Shown here: one piece after another, positions 42,889 through 52,029 of the stretch
Numbering within the stretch: the first letter of the stretch is position 1
Layout: the number at the start of each line of letters is the position of its first letter
NCBI GenBank assembly: GCA_041651015.1
Contig: JBAZKA010000006.1
Location: 1 to 62,457, forward strand
From: Patescibacteria group bacterium
GTDB lineage: Bacteria; Patescibacteriota; Patescibacteriia; Magasanikbacterales; GWA2-37-8
Reading direction: 5' to 3'
DNA: 62,457 bases
Made by a program: the position numbers and the translations under genes
Notes under the pieces: model-generated
Databases searched by the model: none
What the model was told of the DNA's origin: nothing
What the model saw: only the letters and a program-made list of their open reading frames with translations

Positions 42889-43446
42889 TCAAAAAGAGGC
42901 GAGGAGACGATGTTCGATGCAGAATCGCCTGAGGCCCGGCTGCATGTTGCGTGGCGCCGCATGAACGAAGCGGAACCGGCCGCCCTGCTCGTCCAAGCTA
43001 ATGCGTGCCTTTTCCTCGCTGGTGATCTTGATGCGGTATACGTTGCTCACCGAATGAACGAAAGGTCCATCGTGGATGAACTCCATCTCACCGACGAGTT
43101 GAGGCTTGCCATCGACCTTGATGCCGAGTTCCTTTTTGAGGATACGAGCGATTGTTTTTCTCACATTCTCTTTGTAAAGTCGCCGTCCGCCCGGGAGACA
43201 CCATCGTCCTTTGTGCGGCTTGATCGTCCTTTTCACGATCAGCATTGCGCCGTCAGGATCGATGATAGCGAGGTCAAGGCACAGTCGCGGCACGCGGCTG
43301 TAATACGTCTTATACTCATCGTCAGTCAGCCAATTTGTGGATTTTTTCAACGTACACCCCTTTTTTGGCGCGTTTTGAAGCGCGCTTTTTTGTCTTTCTG
43401 TAGAGTTGGCCCAAAATTGGGTACCCAACGGGTCAGTATAGCACAA
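42889..43446 (-). CDS. NUDIX hydrolase (GDP-mannose mannosyl hydrolase-like)
   Basis: Degenerate Nudix box GGRRLYKENVRKTIARILKKELGI. The track start is a TTG, so the start is uncertain. GC-richer. Confidence 0.7.
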   Translation of the reverse strand: MCYTDPLGTQFWANSTERQKSALQNAPKKGCTLKKSTNWLTDDEYKTYYSRVPRLCLDLAIIDPDGAMLIVKRTIKPHKGRWCLPGGRRLYKENVRKTIARILKKELGIKVDGKPQLVGEMEFIHDGPFVHSVSNVYRIKITSEEKARISLDEQGGRFRFVHAAPRNMQPGLRRFCIEHRLLASF

Positions 43447-43548
43447 AATAGGGGTTTTGTCAAGATTAAAAAACGGGATATCCGATTTCGGATTCCCGTG
43501 TTGAAGGTGCCAATTTGCGTTCGGCTGTTTTGGTGCGTTGTCGCTGAT

Positions 43549-43755
43549 TTAGGCCTCGGCGATGAGGCGGTCGAGGTGAGCAAGGAACGCCGCGTCAGCT
43601 CTTGCAAGCGTTCGTCCGGCTGCGGCTTCCGTTTCCTCATCCGTCATGGCATCCCCATCTTTGCCACGGAAATGAATCGGCCCAGATCCTTGTACGAGCT
43701 CCCGCACCGCTTGTGAAAAGTCGGACGCATGTACGCGCAGTATGCTTTTATCCAT
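43549..43755 (-). CDS. small hypothetical protein (antitoxin-like size and charge)
   Basis: AAGGAG-N7-ATG. MDKSILRVHASDFSQAVRELVQGSGPIHFRGKDG.... The track ORF was truncated because its N-terminus reads through tRNA-Leu. Confidence 0.45.
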   Translation of the reverse strand: MDKSILRVHASDFSQAVRELVQGSGPIHFRGKDGDAMTDEETEAAAGRTLARADAAFLAHLDRLIAEA

Positions 43756-43817
43756 CTCGTTTCTCCTTCCGAGCAGTGCTCGGTGTTGTCGTGATAAAGG
43801 ACGAATTATTATTTCTG

Positions 43818-43899
43818 TGGTCCGGGTGGGAATCGAACCCACACGCCTTGCGGCAAGGGATTTTAAGTCCCTCGTGTATACCAGTTTCACCACCGGACC
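43818..43899 (-). tRNA. tRNA-Leu(UAA), no encoded CCA
   Basis: Manual fold: acceptor GGUCCGG/CCGGACC, anticodon arm AGGGA-CUUAAAA-UCCCU, long variable arm UGCCGCAAGGCGU, T arm GUGGG-UUCGAUU-CCCAC. Confidence 0.85.
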
Positions 43900-43987
43900 G
43901 TTTTGATTTGCCGATAATATAACAAATTATCCGCTATTAATCAATAGTTGAATTTATGGTATAATTGAATCAACAAAAAATATCCGC

Positions 43988-45781
43988 ATGAAGAAACTTG
44001 ATTCCCGAGGAGTGATGATCATTGAGGTGATTGTGGCAATCGCCGTTTTTGTAGTTTTTGCAATTGGTGTATATGAGGGGATTAGGTATTTATATAAAAT
44101 AGTTTTCCTATCGCGTTTGCGTATTATTGAAACATCAATTCTCGCCGAGCGAATGGAAATAATTCGCAATGTGCCATACGCAAGCGTCGGCATTGTCGGC
44201 GGTGTGCCGTCCGGAGTTTTTTCTCACGCCACCACGACCGTGCGCAATGGAATTAATTTTACCCTGACGACGTATATCCGAAATGTTGATGACGCGTATG
44301 ATGGTATGGCCACCGGCACCGCTGTCAAAGATACTTCGCCGGCTGATTATAAATTAGTTCAATTGGAAATTATTGCTCAAAATTCCATTCAAGCCAAAGC
44401 TGTTTCGCTCACCACTATTGTCGCGCCAAAAGGTTTAGAAGGAGCTTCAAATAATGGCTCGCTTTTTATCAATGTTTTTGACGCCAATGGTTTGGCCGTA
44501 GTTGGGGCTAATGTTCATGTGGTAAATTCATCAACCAATCCGGCGACTGTGATTGATGATGTCACGGATAATGATGGCATGCTTCGTATCATTGATGTTC
44601 CGACCGGCACGCAAAAATATTTAATTCAGGTGTCAAAGGCCGGATATTCGGCGGATTACAGCGTCAGCACGACCGCGAGTAATCCGTCGCCGACCAAACC
44701 GTATTCCACCGTGGTCAAACAAACCGTTACGGATATTAGTTTTTCCATAGATTTGACGGGTGCGATTAGCCTGAATACGATTTACGATAATTGCGCGATA
44801 GCGCCGAACATCTCGTGGAACTTGCGTGGTGCCAAAAAGATTGGCAACTCCCCGATTGTTTATAAAAATGATGTAGTTTACAACAGCGGTTCGTCGGCTG
44901 TGAACGCTTTGAGCAACGTGGAATGGGATACGTATTATTTGCTTGGTACCACCACGGCTTATTCGGTCGGCGGCACCATCCCAATTTCTCCGTTTTATTT
45001 GTCACCCGGGCAAACGCAAACAGCGTATGTGATTATTCAACCGCGCACCACCAATAATTTATTGGTGAAAATTTTAGATAATTCCACTAATTTGCCGATT
45101 TCCAGTTCAAGTATCCGTCTGGTGGGGGCGGGCTATGATAAAACTCTAATTACCGACCTTGGTTATTCCGCGCAGACCGATTGGTCCGGCGGTTCCGGGC
45201 AAGTGGATTATAGCGACACGGCCAAATACGCGAGTGACGATGGTAATATTGATGCGACTTTGGTCGCCGGAGATTTGAAATTAAAAATTGCGGCCGGAAA
45301 ATATATGCCGAGTGGTTGGTTGGAATCGTCAACTTTTGATCTTGGTTCCTCGGTTGATTTTAGAAATTTGGTTTTTACTCCCATTAGCCAGCCGATACAA
45401 ACCGGCGCGGATTCAGTATTGGCGCAACTGGCCACTTCTAATAGCAGCACGCCGGCTTCGTGGGATTATTACGGTCCGGACGGTACGAGCGCCACATATT
45501 ATTCGCCGACCAGCACTGAGATTAACAGTATCCACGACGGGCAAAGATATATGCGCTATAAAATATTTTTATCCACGGCCAGTACCAGCTACACACCGAC
45601 ATTTTCCGAACTTTCGGTCACCTACACCAACGGTTGTATGCCGCCCGGCCAGGTATTTTTTGACGATGTCGCTTCCTCAACTTACACCTACACGATTTCG
45701 CGCAACGGTTATCTGACAGTCACCGGCACGGTCGCGACCGGAGGGCAAGCGGAATTAACCGCAAGATTAATTGTTAATTGA
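43988..45781 (+). CDS. large type IV pilin-like protein (prepilin-type N-terminus plus carboxypeptidase-regulatory-like domain)
   Basis: SRG/VMIIEVIVAIAVFVV with Glu at +5. VHVVNSSTNPATVIDDVTDNDGMLRIIDVPTGTQKYLIQVSKAGY. Confidence 0.7.
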   Translation: MKKLDSRGVMIIEVIVAIAVFVVFAIGVYEGIRYLYKIVFLSRLRIIETSILAERMEIIRNVPYASVGIVGGVPSGVFSHATTTVRNGINFTLTTYIRNVDDAYDGMATGTAVKDTSPADYKLVQLEIIAQNSIQAKAVSLTTIVAPKGLEGASNNGSLFINVFDANGLAVVGANVHVVNSSTNPATVIDDVTDNDGMLRIIDVPTGTQKYLIQVSKAGYSADYSVSTTASNPSPTKPYSTVVKQTVTDISFSIDLTGAISLNTIYDNCAIAPNISWNLRGAKKIGNSPIVYKNDVVYNSGSSAVNALSNVEWDTYYLLGTTTAYSVGGTIPISPFYLSPGQTQTAYVIIQPRTTNNLLVKILDNSTNLPISSSSIRLVGAGYDKTLITDLGYSAQTDWSGGSGQVDYSDTAKYASDDGNIDATLVAGDLKLKIAAGKYMPSGWLESSTFDLGSSVDFRNLVFTPISQPIQTGADSVLAQLATSNSSTPASWDYYGPDGTSATYYSPTSTEINSIHDGQRYMRYKIFLSTASTSYTPTFSELSVTYTNGCMPPGQVFFDDVASSTYTYTISRNGYLTVTGTVATGGQAELTARLIVN

Positions 45782-45783
45782 TT

Positions 45784-46392
45784 ATGAAAGCGATAAATCG
45801 CCGCGGAATTTCACTGATTGAAACCATGGTGGCCGTGGCCTTAACCGCGGTTTTTGTCGTCGGCATCGCTTCTTTGTTCACCACCAGCATCCAGTCGCGG
45901 AAAATTATTTGGGAACAATTATCCACTCAAGAAGAAGGACGAAAGATCGTGCAAGATTTTGCCACTGAAGTTCGCGGCGCTTGTTATTCCGGCACCGGTG
46001 CTTATCCTTTGGAAATTGCCACCAGTACTGAAGTGGCCTTTTTTTCCAATATAGATACTGATAACGCGATTGAGAGAATTCATTACAAGTTGGTTGGCAC
46101 GTTTCTAAACAAAAGTATTATTAAACCTGCCGGCGACCCGCCATCTTACGTCACCACTACTGAAACGTTTATCACCATGGTGCATGATGTCGTGTACGAG
46201 ACCAGCACTCCGATTTTTACTTACTATCCGGCGACTTACGACGGCACCGGCAGTGCCATGACTTCCACGATATTCAAACCGTATGTCCGAATGATTGGGA
46301 TTAAATTACAACTGGAAGAGCGGCCGAATTTTTCGCCGACTCCTTTTAACATTGAATCAAAAGTTTTGATGAGAAATTTGAAAGATAATTAA
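45784..46392 (+). CDS. type IV minor pilin/pseudopilin
   Basis: RRG/ISLIETMVAVALTAVFVV prepilin cleavage/methylation motif with Glu at +5. ATG start at 45784. Confidence 0.7.
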   Translation: MKAINRRGISLIETMVAVALTAVFVVGIASLFTTSIQSRKIIWEQLSTQEEGRKIVQDFATEVRGACYSGTGAYPLEIATSTEVAFFSNIDTDNAIERIHYKLVGTFLNKSIIKPAGDPPSYVTTTETFITMVHDVVYETSTPIFTYYPATYDGTGSAMTSTIFKPYVRMIGIKLQLEERPNFSPTPFNIESKVLMRNLKDN

Positions 46393-46394
46393 CT

Positions 46395-47771
46395 ATGAAA
46401 TTACCACGCGGACTAAAAAATAATCTTGATAATCGCGGCAATATATTGCTGGTCGCGACCATGTTTGGCTTACTCGCGTTTTCATTCACGGTCGCGGCTA
46501 TTTCCAATTATGCTTTAAGCGAGAACCGCGCTTCAGTTTATAAGCATAATCGCGAACGCGCTTTTCAAATTTCTGAAGCCGGTACTAATTATTATCGTTG
46601 GCATTTAGCGCACAACAACACTGATTATAAAGACGGCACTTCCTCCACCGGTCCGTATTATCATGATTTTGAAGACAAAGACGGAAATGTGATCGGTCGT
46701 TATGCTTTGACCGTCACCCAACCGCCGACCGGCACGACTGTAGTGACGATTGACTCGCAAGGTTGGCTTTTGTCCCAAGAAAACAGCAAAAGAAATATTA
46801 AAATCCAAGTCGGTTTTCCCTCGCTCACAGATTATTCATTTTTAACCAATTCGCAAATTTGGATCGGCAACACTGAATCAACACACGGAAAATTTCAATC
46901 CAATGACGGAGTGCATTTTGATGGCGTGTGCGATGCGCCGGTAATGAGCGCGGTACCCACTTTTTATTGCGATTCATCAATCGGTTGCTCAGGGAAACAA
47001 AACGGAGTTTTTGGCAGCGGCGGTCCGTCACAATTTTTTATTTATCCAATGCCATCAAAAGATTTTTCCGCGGTGACAGCTAAACTTTCCACCATCAAAA
47101 CAAACGCCGGAATTTCTTTATCCAGTTCCGGCGCCTATGGTTGGTATTTAAAATTTTTATCCAGCGGGAAAATATATATCAGTAAAGTGACCGGAGTGAC
47201 CAAGTGTTTGAGCGGTGGTGGTTGGGGTGGTTGGGGTGGTTGGGGTGCAAGCGATTGTTGGGATATTACTTCCACGAGTTCCGGCGCGACCCATGATATG
47301 CCGACTTCAACCTATATTTATGTGGCCGATAATACTTGGGTTGACGGGGTGGTCAAAGGGCGAGTGACTGTGGGCGCGGCTTCGGATACGAAAAATCCCT
47401 CCATAGTTGTTAACGGAAATTTAACCTATGCGGCCAAGGATGGGACAAACGCGATTGGTCTGATTGCCGAGGATGATATTATTGTACCGTATTACTCTCC
47501 GGATAATTTGGAAATTGATGCGGCTATGTTGGCGCAATATGGTAAGGTTTATCGGCCGGAATATAGTAATACAAAAAAAACCATTACGATTTACGGTTCC
47601 ATTTTGACATACGACCAATGGACTTGGTCATATGTGAATTCCAGCAATGTGGTTATTTCCGGTTATATCACCACGACAAATATGTATGATGGAAATTTAA
47701 CTTACAGTCCGCCGCCGGGTTTTCCGGTCGGTTCTGAATATAGTCCAATCAGTTGGGAAGAAACCGATTAA
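46395..47771 (+). CDS. PilX-like pilus-associated protein containing a GGW tandem repeat
   Basis: N-terminal hydrophobic helix NILLVATMFGLLAFSFTVAAI. GGGWGGWGGWG is encoded by a GGTGGTTGG 9-nt repeat at 47214-47247. Confidence 0.55.
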   Translation: MKLPRGLKNNLDNRGNILLVATMFGLLAFSFTVAAISNYALSENRASVYKHNRERAFQISEAGTNYYRWHLAHNNTDYKDGTSSTGPYYHDFEDKDGNVIGRYALTVTQPPTGTTVVTIDSQGWLLSQENSKRNIKIQVGFPSLTDYSFLTNSQIWIGNTESTHGKFQSNDGVHFDGVCDAPVMSAVPTFYCDSSIGCSGKQNGVFGSGGPSQFFIYPMPSKDFSAVTAKLSTIKTNAGISLSSSGAYGWYLKFLSSGKIYISKVTGVTKCLSGGGWGGWGGWGASDCWDITSTSSGATHDMPTSTYIYVADNTWVDGVVKGRVTVGAASDTKNPSIVVNGNLTYAAKDGTNAIGLIAEDDIIVPYYSPDNLEIDAAMLAQYGKVYRPEYSNTKKTITIYGSILTYDQWTWSYVNSSNVVISGYITTTNMYDGNLTYSPPPGFPVGSEYSPISWEETD

Positions 47772-47839
47772 TATTTGCAGAGTGGTGATAAAATTTGATA
47801 GAATAGAAAAGTGTTATAAATTTCACTAATAACTGTTTT

Positions 47840-48703
47840 ATGCCTATAAAAAAACTTGTCATTCCCGTAGCCGGACTTGGCACCAGATTTTTACCCGCGA
47901 CCAAAGCCCAACCCAAAGAAATGTTGCCTGTGGTGGATAAGCCGATTATCCAATACGTGGTGGAAGACGCGGTGCGCGCCGGCATCACGGATATTATTTT
48001 TATTACCGGCCCGTCCAAACGCGCGGTGGAGGATCATTTTAGCCCGAACTACGAATTGATAAATATATTAAAAAAACAGGGCAAAGAAGATGTGGCTGAA
48101 GAAGTGAAAAAAATCGCGGACATGGCCAATTTTATTTTTATCCGTCAAAAGGGTCCTTATGGCAATGGCACTCCGGTGCTCTGCGCCAAGCCGATTGTTG
48201 GAAATGAACCGTTTGCGGTGATGTGGGGTGATGAATTCTTCTACACACCGAGAAAATCCCAGTTGCAACAACTGATTGAAGTCTATGAAAAATATGGTGA
48301 TCCGGTAATTACTACGCGTGAAGTTGATGCCGAAGGAACGAAAAAGTACGGCATTATTGATGGGATTAAAGTGGAAAATGGCGTCTATCAATTGAAAAGC
48401 ATTGTGGAAAAACCCGGTCCGGAAAATGCGCCTTCGCGCCTCGCTTGCCTTGGCGGGTTTATCTTAACGCCGGATATTTTTGACGCGCTTGAACATACCA
48501 AGCTTGGTAAAGACGGCGAACTTTGGTTGTCTGACGCAAACGCCAAAGTGCTGAAAAAACGTCCGATTTATGCTCGGTTGATTGATGGCGAATATTATGA
48601 TACCGGTTCCAAACTCGGATATTTGCGCGCCAATGTTGATTTTGCTTTGCGCAATCCGAAATTAGCCAAAGACTTTCGGAAATATTTGAAAAGTGTGGTA
48701 TAA
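47840..48703 (+). CDS. galU: UTP--glucose-1-phosphate uridylyltransferase
   Basis: KKLVIPVAGLGTRFLPATKAQPKEMLPVVDKPIIQYVVEDA. Confidence 0.95.
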   Translation: MPIKKLVIPVAGLGTRFLPATKAQPKEMLPVVDKPIIQYVVEDAVRAGITDIIFITGPSKRAVEDHFSPNYELINILKKQGKEDVAEEVKKIADMANFIFIRQKGPYGNGTPVLCAKPIVGNEPFAVMWGDEFFYTPRKSQLQQLIEVYEKYGDPVITTREVDAEGTKKYGIIDGIKVENGVYQLKSIVEKPGPENAPSRLACLGGFILTPDIFDALEHTKLGKDGELWLSDANAKVLKKRPIYARLIDGEYYDTGSKLGYLRANVDFALRNPKLAKDFRKYLKSVV

Positions 48704-48707
48704 TGGA

Positions 48708-48746
48708 GTTGAAAGTTCGTAAAGTTATAAAGTTCATAAAGTTGCG
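48708..48746. repeat. tandem TAAAGTT 9-mer repeat
   Basis: GTTGAAAGTTCGTAAAGTTATAAAGTTCATAAAGTTGCG. Confidence 0.6.
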
Positions 48747-48767
48747 AATTTTTTAGGCGTAAAAAAT

Positions 48768-50171
48768 ATGGTTTTAAATAAAAAATATTTATTGGCATCC
48801 GCGATGATGGTTTGTCTTTTTGTATTCGCCGGTTTTGGCTGTAAAGGCCAGACCGCCGAGGAAAAACAAGCCACCAAAGCCGTGAGTTTGGAGTATTGGA
48901 CGGTGTATGATGACGTAGATCAGATCAACGCCCAAATTGCCAAATACACGGCCAGCCGTCCGTATCTCACCGTGACCGTGCGCCAACTTCGTTCCGATGA
49001 ATTGTACGATCGTTTGGTGGAAGCGTTGGCCGAAGATAAAGGACCGGATATTATTTCTATCAATGTCCGTGATTTGGCGCGTTTCAAAAGCAAACTATCG
49101 GCCATGCCGCCAAGTTATTCCGATACCACGGTGACGACCCAAAAAAATATTATTAATCAAGTTGAGACCACGGTGGCCACCAAGTCATTGGCATTGCCCA
49201 CCGCGTTTCAAATCGGCAACGAATATTTGCAAACTGTCAAAAAAGACGTGATTATTGATAATAAAATTTACGGCTTGCCATTGTCTTTGGATACTATGGC
49301 AATTTATTACAACAAAGATTTATTGGATAGAGCGCAAGTGGCCGAGCCGCCGGAAACCTGGACTGAATTTCAGGATGCGGTGAAAAAAATCAGCAAATAC
49401 AATGCCGAGAGCGGCAAGATTACCCAATCGGGCGCGGCGCTCGGTTCGGCCAACAATATAGAAGGGGTGGATGATATTTTAAATATTTTGTTCAAACAAA
49501 ATTCAGTCAGTTTGATTTCCAGCGATAATCGCGCGGCCTTTAACACAGTCGCACGAGATTCCTCGGGTGCGAACATCTCTCCGGCCATATCAGTGATGGA
49601 TTTTTATACGGATTTTGCCAATGCCACGCGCGATACATATTCTTGGAATGAATCCATGGATAATTCCGTGGACGCTTTTGTGCAAGGCAAACTGGGATTT
49701 TTATTTGGTTATAGTTACAATAACGCGCAAATTAAATCGCGCGCGCCGCAACTAAATTATGGAATTTTGCCCATGATTCAATTGGACCCGGACAATCCGG
49801 TCAATGCGGCCAATTATTGGGTGCAGTGCGTGGTGAGCAAATCCGCCGGCCAAAACACGGCTTGGGGTCTGATCAATTTTTTGTCGCGAACTTCGGCCAA
49901 CAAAGAATACTTGACTGCGACCGCGCGCCCAACCGCTTTGCGCGCGAACGTGGCTTCGCAAAAAGAAGATGTAAATTTACAGCCTTTTGTTTCTCAGTTG
50001 CTCGTGGCCGAAAATTGGTATCGGGGCAATGATTACGCCGGCGCATCTCAAGCGCTCAAAGATATGATTTCCGAATGGCTGCAAGTTCCGCCAAAATACG
50101 AAAGCAAAGTAATGCAATGGGACCAAGAAGTTTTGAATCGCGCGGCTGCGAAAATAAACCAGACACTGTAA
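48768..50171 (+). CDS. lipoprotein, ABC-type extracellular solute-binding protein (family 1-like)
   Basis: Lipobox FAGFGCKG. LPLSLDTMAIYYNKDLLD-type SBP pattern. No permease or ATPase genes adjacent. Confidence 0.7.
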   Translation: MVLNKKYLLASAMMVCLFVFAGFGCKGQTAEEKQATKAVSLEYWTVYDDVDQINAQIAKYTASRPYLTVTVRQLRSDELYDRLVEALAEDKGPDIISINVRDLARFKSKLSAMPPSYSDTTVTTQKNIINQVETTVATKSLALPTAFQIGNEYLQTVKKDVIIDNKIYGLPLSLDTMAIYYNKDLLDRAQVAEPPETWTEFQDAVKKISKYNAESGKITQSGAALGSANNIEGVDDILNILFKQNSVSLISSDNRAAFNTVARDSSGANISPAISVMDFYTDFANATRDTYSWNESMDNSVDAFVQGKLGFLFGYSYNNAQIKSRAPQLNYGILPMIQLDPDNPVNAANYWVQCVVSKSAGQNTAWGLINFLSRTSANKEYLTATARPTALRANVASQKEDVNLQPFVSQLLVAENWYRGNDYAGASQALKDMISEWLQVPPKYESKVMQWDQEVLNRAAAKINQTL

Positions 50172-50175
50172 TGAT

Positions 50176-51069
50176 ATGAAAAATTTTTCCAAAATAATTT
50201 TATTTGCCGTGATTATCAGTGGTTTGACCGCGGCCAAGGTTGCGTTTGCCTCCAATCTTATCCCCGAGTGTTTGCTCGGTACCACTTTTAGCGCTGAGTG
50301 TGACAACATCAATCAATTCATTATTTTGGGCATCAATGTTGGCACATATATTTTTGGGTTTATCGGCGCGTTGGCGTTGTTGTTTTTTGTCTATGGCGGT
50401 TTTATTTTGATATTATCTCAAGGCAATCAAGAAAAAATCAAGCAAGGCACCGGCGCCATGACGGCGGCCGTTATCGGTTTGGTGATTGCGTTTGGCGCGT
50501 ATGCCCTGATTACATTTTTGGGCAATACCGTCGGGCTCAAAGCGGAAAAAAGTTTGAATTTTGTGGAAACGGCTTGGGCTGGTGACACGACGCCGCAAAG
50601 ATGTACCTTGGCAGAAGGGTGTTATTGTCTGGACGAAGACAGCAATGAGTGTTCGGCGATTATCAACGATGACGATTGTTATGGCACGCTCACAACCGAA
50701 CCGTGTGAAGACAGTTCTGTCGGCACCGGTTCAAACGCGGCCGGAGTAATGACCGAAGAGGTCGGCACAGCCACCGGAGACACTTCGGGCAATATTTCGG
50801 CTTTGAAGCAAGCGGCCATGAGTTTAAATCCAGCTGACATTGGCGAGCCGGCAGATTTATTTGCCCGCGCCATCAACGCGATGACGGCATTTATGGGGTC
50901 AATCGCCTTAATTTTGTATATTTACGCCGGTTTTATTTGGATGTCGGCCGGAGGCGCGGCTGATAAAATTACCAAAGCCAAAAATATTTTAATTTGGACC
51001 ACGCTTGGTGCTGTGGCCATGGGCGCCGGTTATATGATTATTCGCACGGTGTTGGAAAAAATCGGGTGA
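50176..51069 (+). CDS. T4SS-pilin-like (VirB2/TrbC-type) protein with two pilin modules joined by a Cys-rich acidic linker
   Basis: Module 1 is YGGFILILSQGNQEKIKQG. Module 2 is YAGFIWMSAGGAADKITKAK. The linker is CTLAEGCYCLDEDSNECSAIINDDDCYGTLTTEPC. Confidence 0.65.
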   Translation: MKNFSKIILFAVIISGLTAAKVAFASNLIPECLLGTTFSAECDNINQFIILGINVGTYIFGFIGALALLFFVYGGFILILSQGNQEKIKQGTGAMTAAVIGLVIAFGAYALITFLGNTVGLKAEKSLNFVETAWAGDTTPQRCTLAEGCYCLDEDSNECSAIINDDDCYGTLTTEPCEDSSVGTGSNAAGVMTEEVGTATGDTSGNISALKQAAMSLNPADIGEPADLFARAINAMTAFMGSIALILYIYAGFIWMSAGGAADKITKAKNILIWTTLGAVAMGAGYMIIRTVLEKIG

Positions 51070-51084
51070 TATTTTAGTTATATT

Positions 51085-51450
51085 ATGAAAAAAAATTTAT
51101 TATTTATTTGCGCGCTGCTCTCCTTGGGTCTATTTTGTGCTTCACCGGTTTTGGCGGCCACTTCAAGCGATGCCGGCGCAACTGTATCATTGGATAACCC
51201 GCTTAACACGAACACTACCGATCCGGCGCAAATTATTGGTCTTGTTATTAAATCAGTGTTGGGCATTGTCGGCGGCGCGGCTTTGGTAATGGTGGTATGG
51301 GGAGGGTTCCAATGGCTCACTTCAGCCGGCAATCCGGAAAAAGTTAAAAAAGGTTCGTCCACGATGATTTGGTCGGTAATCGGTTTAATTTTGGTGTTGG
51401 GAAGTTATTTATTGGTGCAGAATGTTTTGAATTTTATTACGGGAACATGA
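51085..51450 (+). CDS. T4SS-pilin-like small membrane protein
   Basis: Signal peptide plus WGGFQWLTSAGNPEKVKKG between two hydrophobic helices. Confidence 0.65.
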   Translation: MKKNLLFICALLSLGLFCASPVLAATSSDAGATVSLDNPLNTNTTDPAQIIGLVIKSVLGIVGGAALVMVVWGGFQWLTSAGNPEKVKKGSSTMIWSVIGLILVLGSYLLVQNVLNFITGT

Positions 51451-51548
51451 AATGACAATAAATACAAATATCAGTTGCGGAAAAGTTGATAATAATGTAT
51501 CATTATACATATGAAAAAAAATCAAAAATTGCGAAGGGAGGTGACATT

Positions 51549-51941
51549 ATGAAGAAATTATTATATGGATTAGCCACCTTTGCTTTGATTTTCGGCGGAT
51601 ACATCGGTTTGGCCATCCCGGCTCACGCCGCTGATACCAGTCCGATTGAGGTTGGAGATTTGGGCTTGTCTTATGGCGAAGAAACCGGTCTCGGCACAGC
51701 AGATGTGCGCAGCACAATCGCGTCAATTATCCGTGTGGCCATGGGCCTCTTGGGTATCGTCGCAGTGGTGATTATCCTCATCGGCGGCTTCAAATGGATG
51801 ACGGCCGGCGGTAACGAAGACCAAGTCGGAGAAGCCAAGAAATGGATTTTCTCAGGCGTGATCGGTCTCGTGATCATCTTGTCTGCCTACGCCCTCGCCA
51901 GCTTTATTATCACTCAGCTTGTTCAAGCAACAACAGAATAA
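51549..51941 (+). CDS. T4SS-pilin-like small membrane protein
   Basis: GGGAGGTG SD. IGGFKWMTAGGNEDQVGEAK core. Start set at MKKLLYG. Confidence 0.65.
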   Translation: MKKLLYGLATFALIFGGYIGLAIPAHAADTSPIEVGDLGLSYGEETGLGTADVRSTIASIIRVAMGLLGIVAVVIILIGGFKWMTAGGNEDQVGEAKKWIFSGVIGLVIILSAYALASFIITQLVQATTE

Positions 51942-51946
51942 AAATT

Positions 51947-51991
51947 TTTCTGTCAGGGGGTTCGCGCGCGCAATCCCCTGACAGAAATTTT
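51947..51991 (+). terminator. strong rho-independent terminator inside the pilin-like array
   Basis: TTTCTGTCAGGGG-N15-CCCCTGACAGAAA followed by TTTT. Confidence 0.75.
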
Positions 51992-52029
51992 GGATTGCAT
52001 TTCACCTAAATTGGAATACAGTTCAAAGT

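Noticed and set aside
42910-43716. 268-aa plus-strand ORF
   Set aside because: It is antisense to the NUDIX gene and the small ORF in a GC-rich stretch. It has no SD, an Arg/Leu-rich composition, and no motif.
43756-43893. N-terminal 46 residues of ORF 43549-43893
   Set aside because: MVKLVYTRDLKSLAARRVGSIPTRTT is the translation of tRNA-Leu(UAA) itself. The real start, with AAGGAG, is at 43755.
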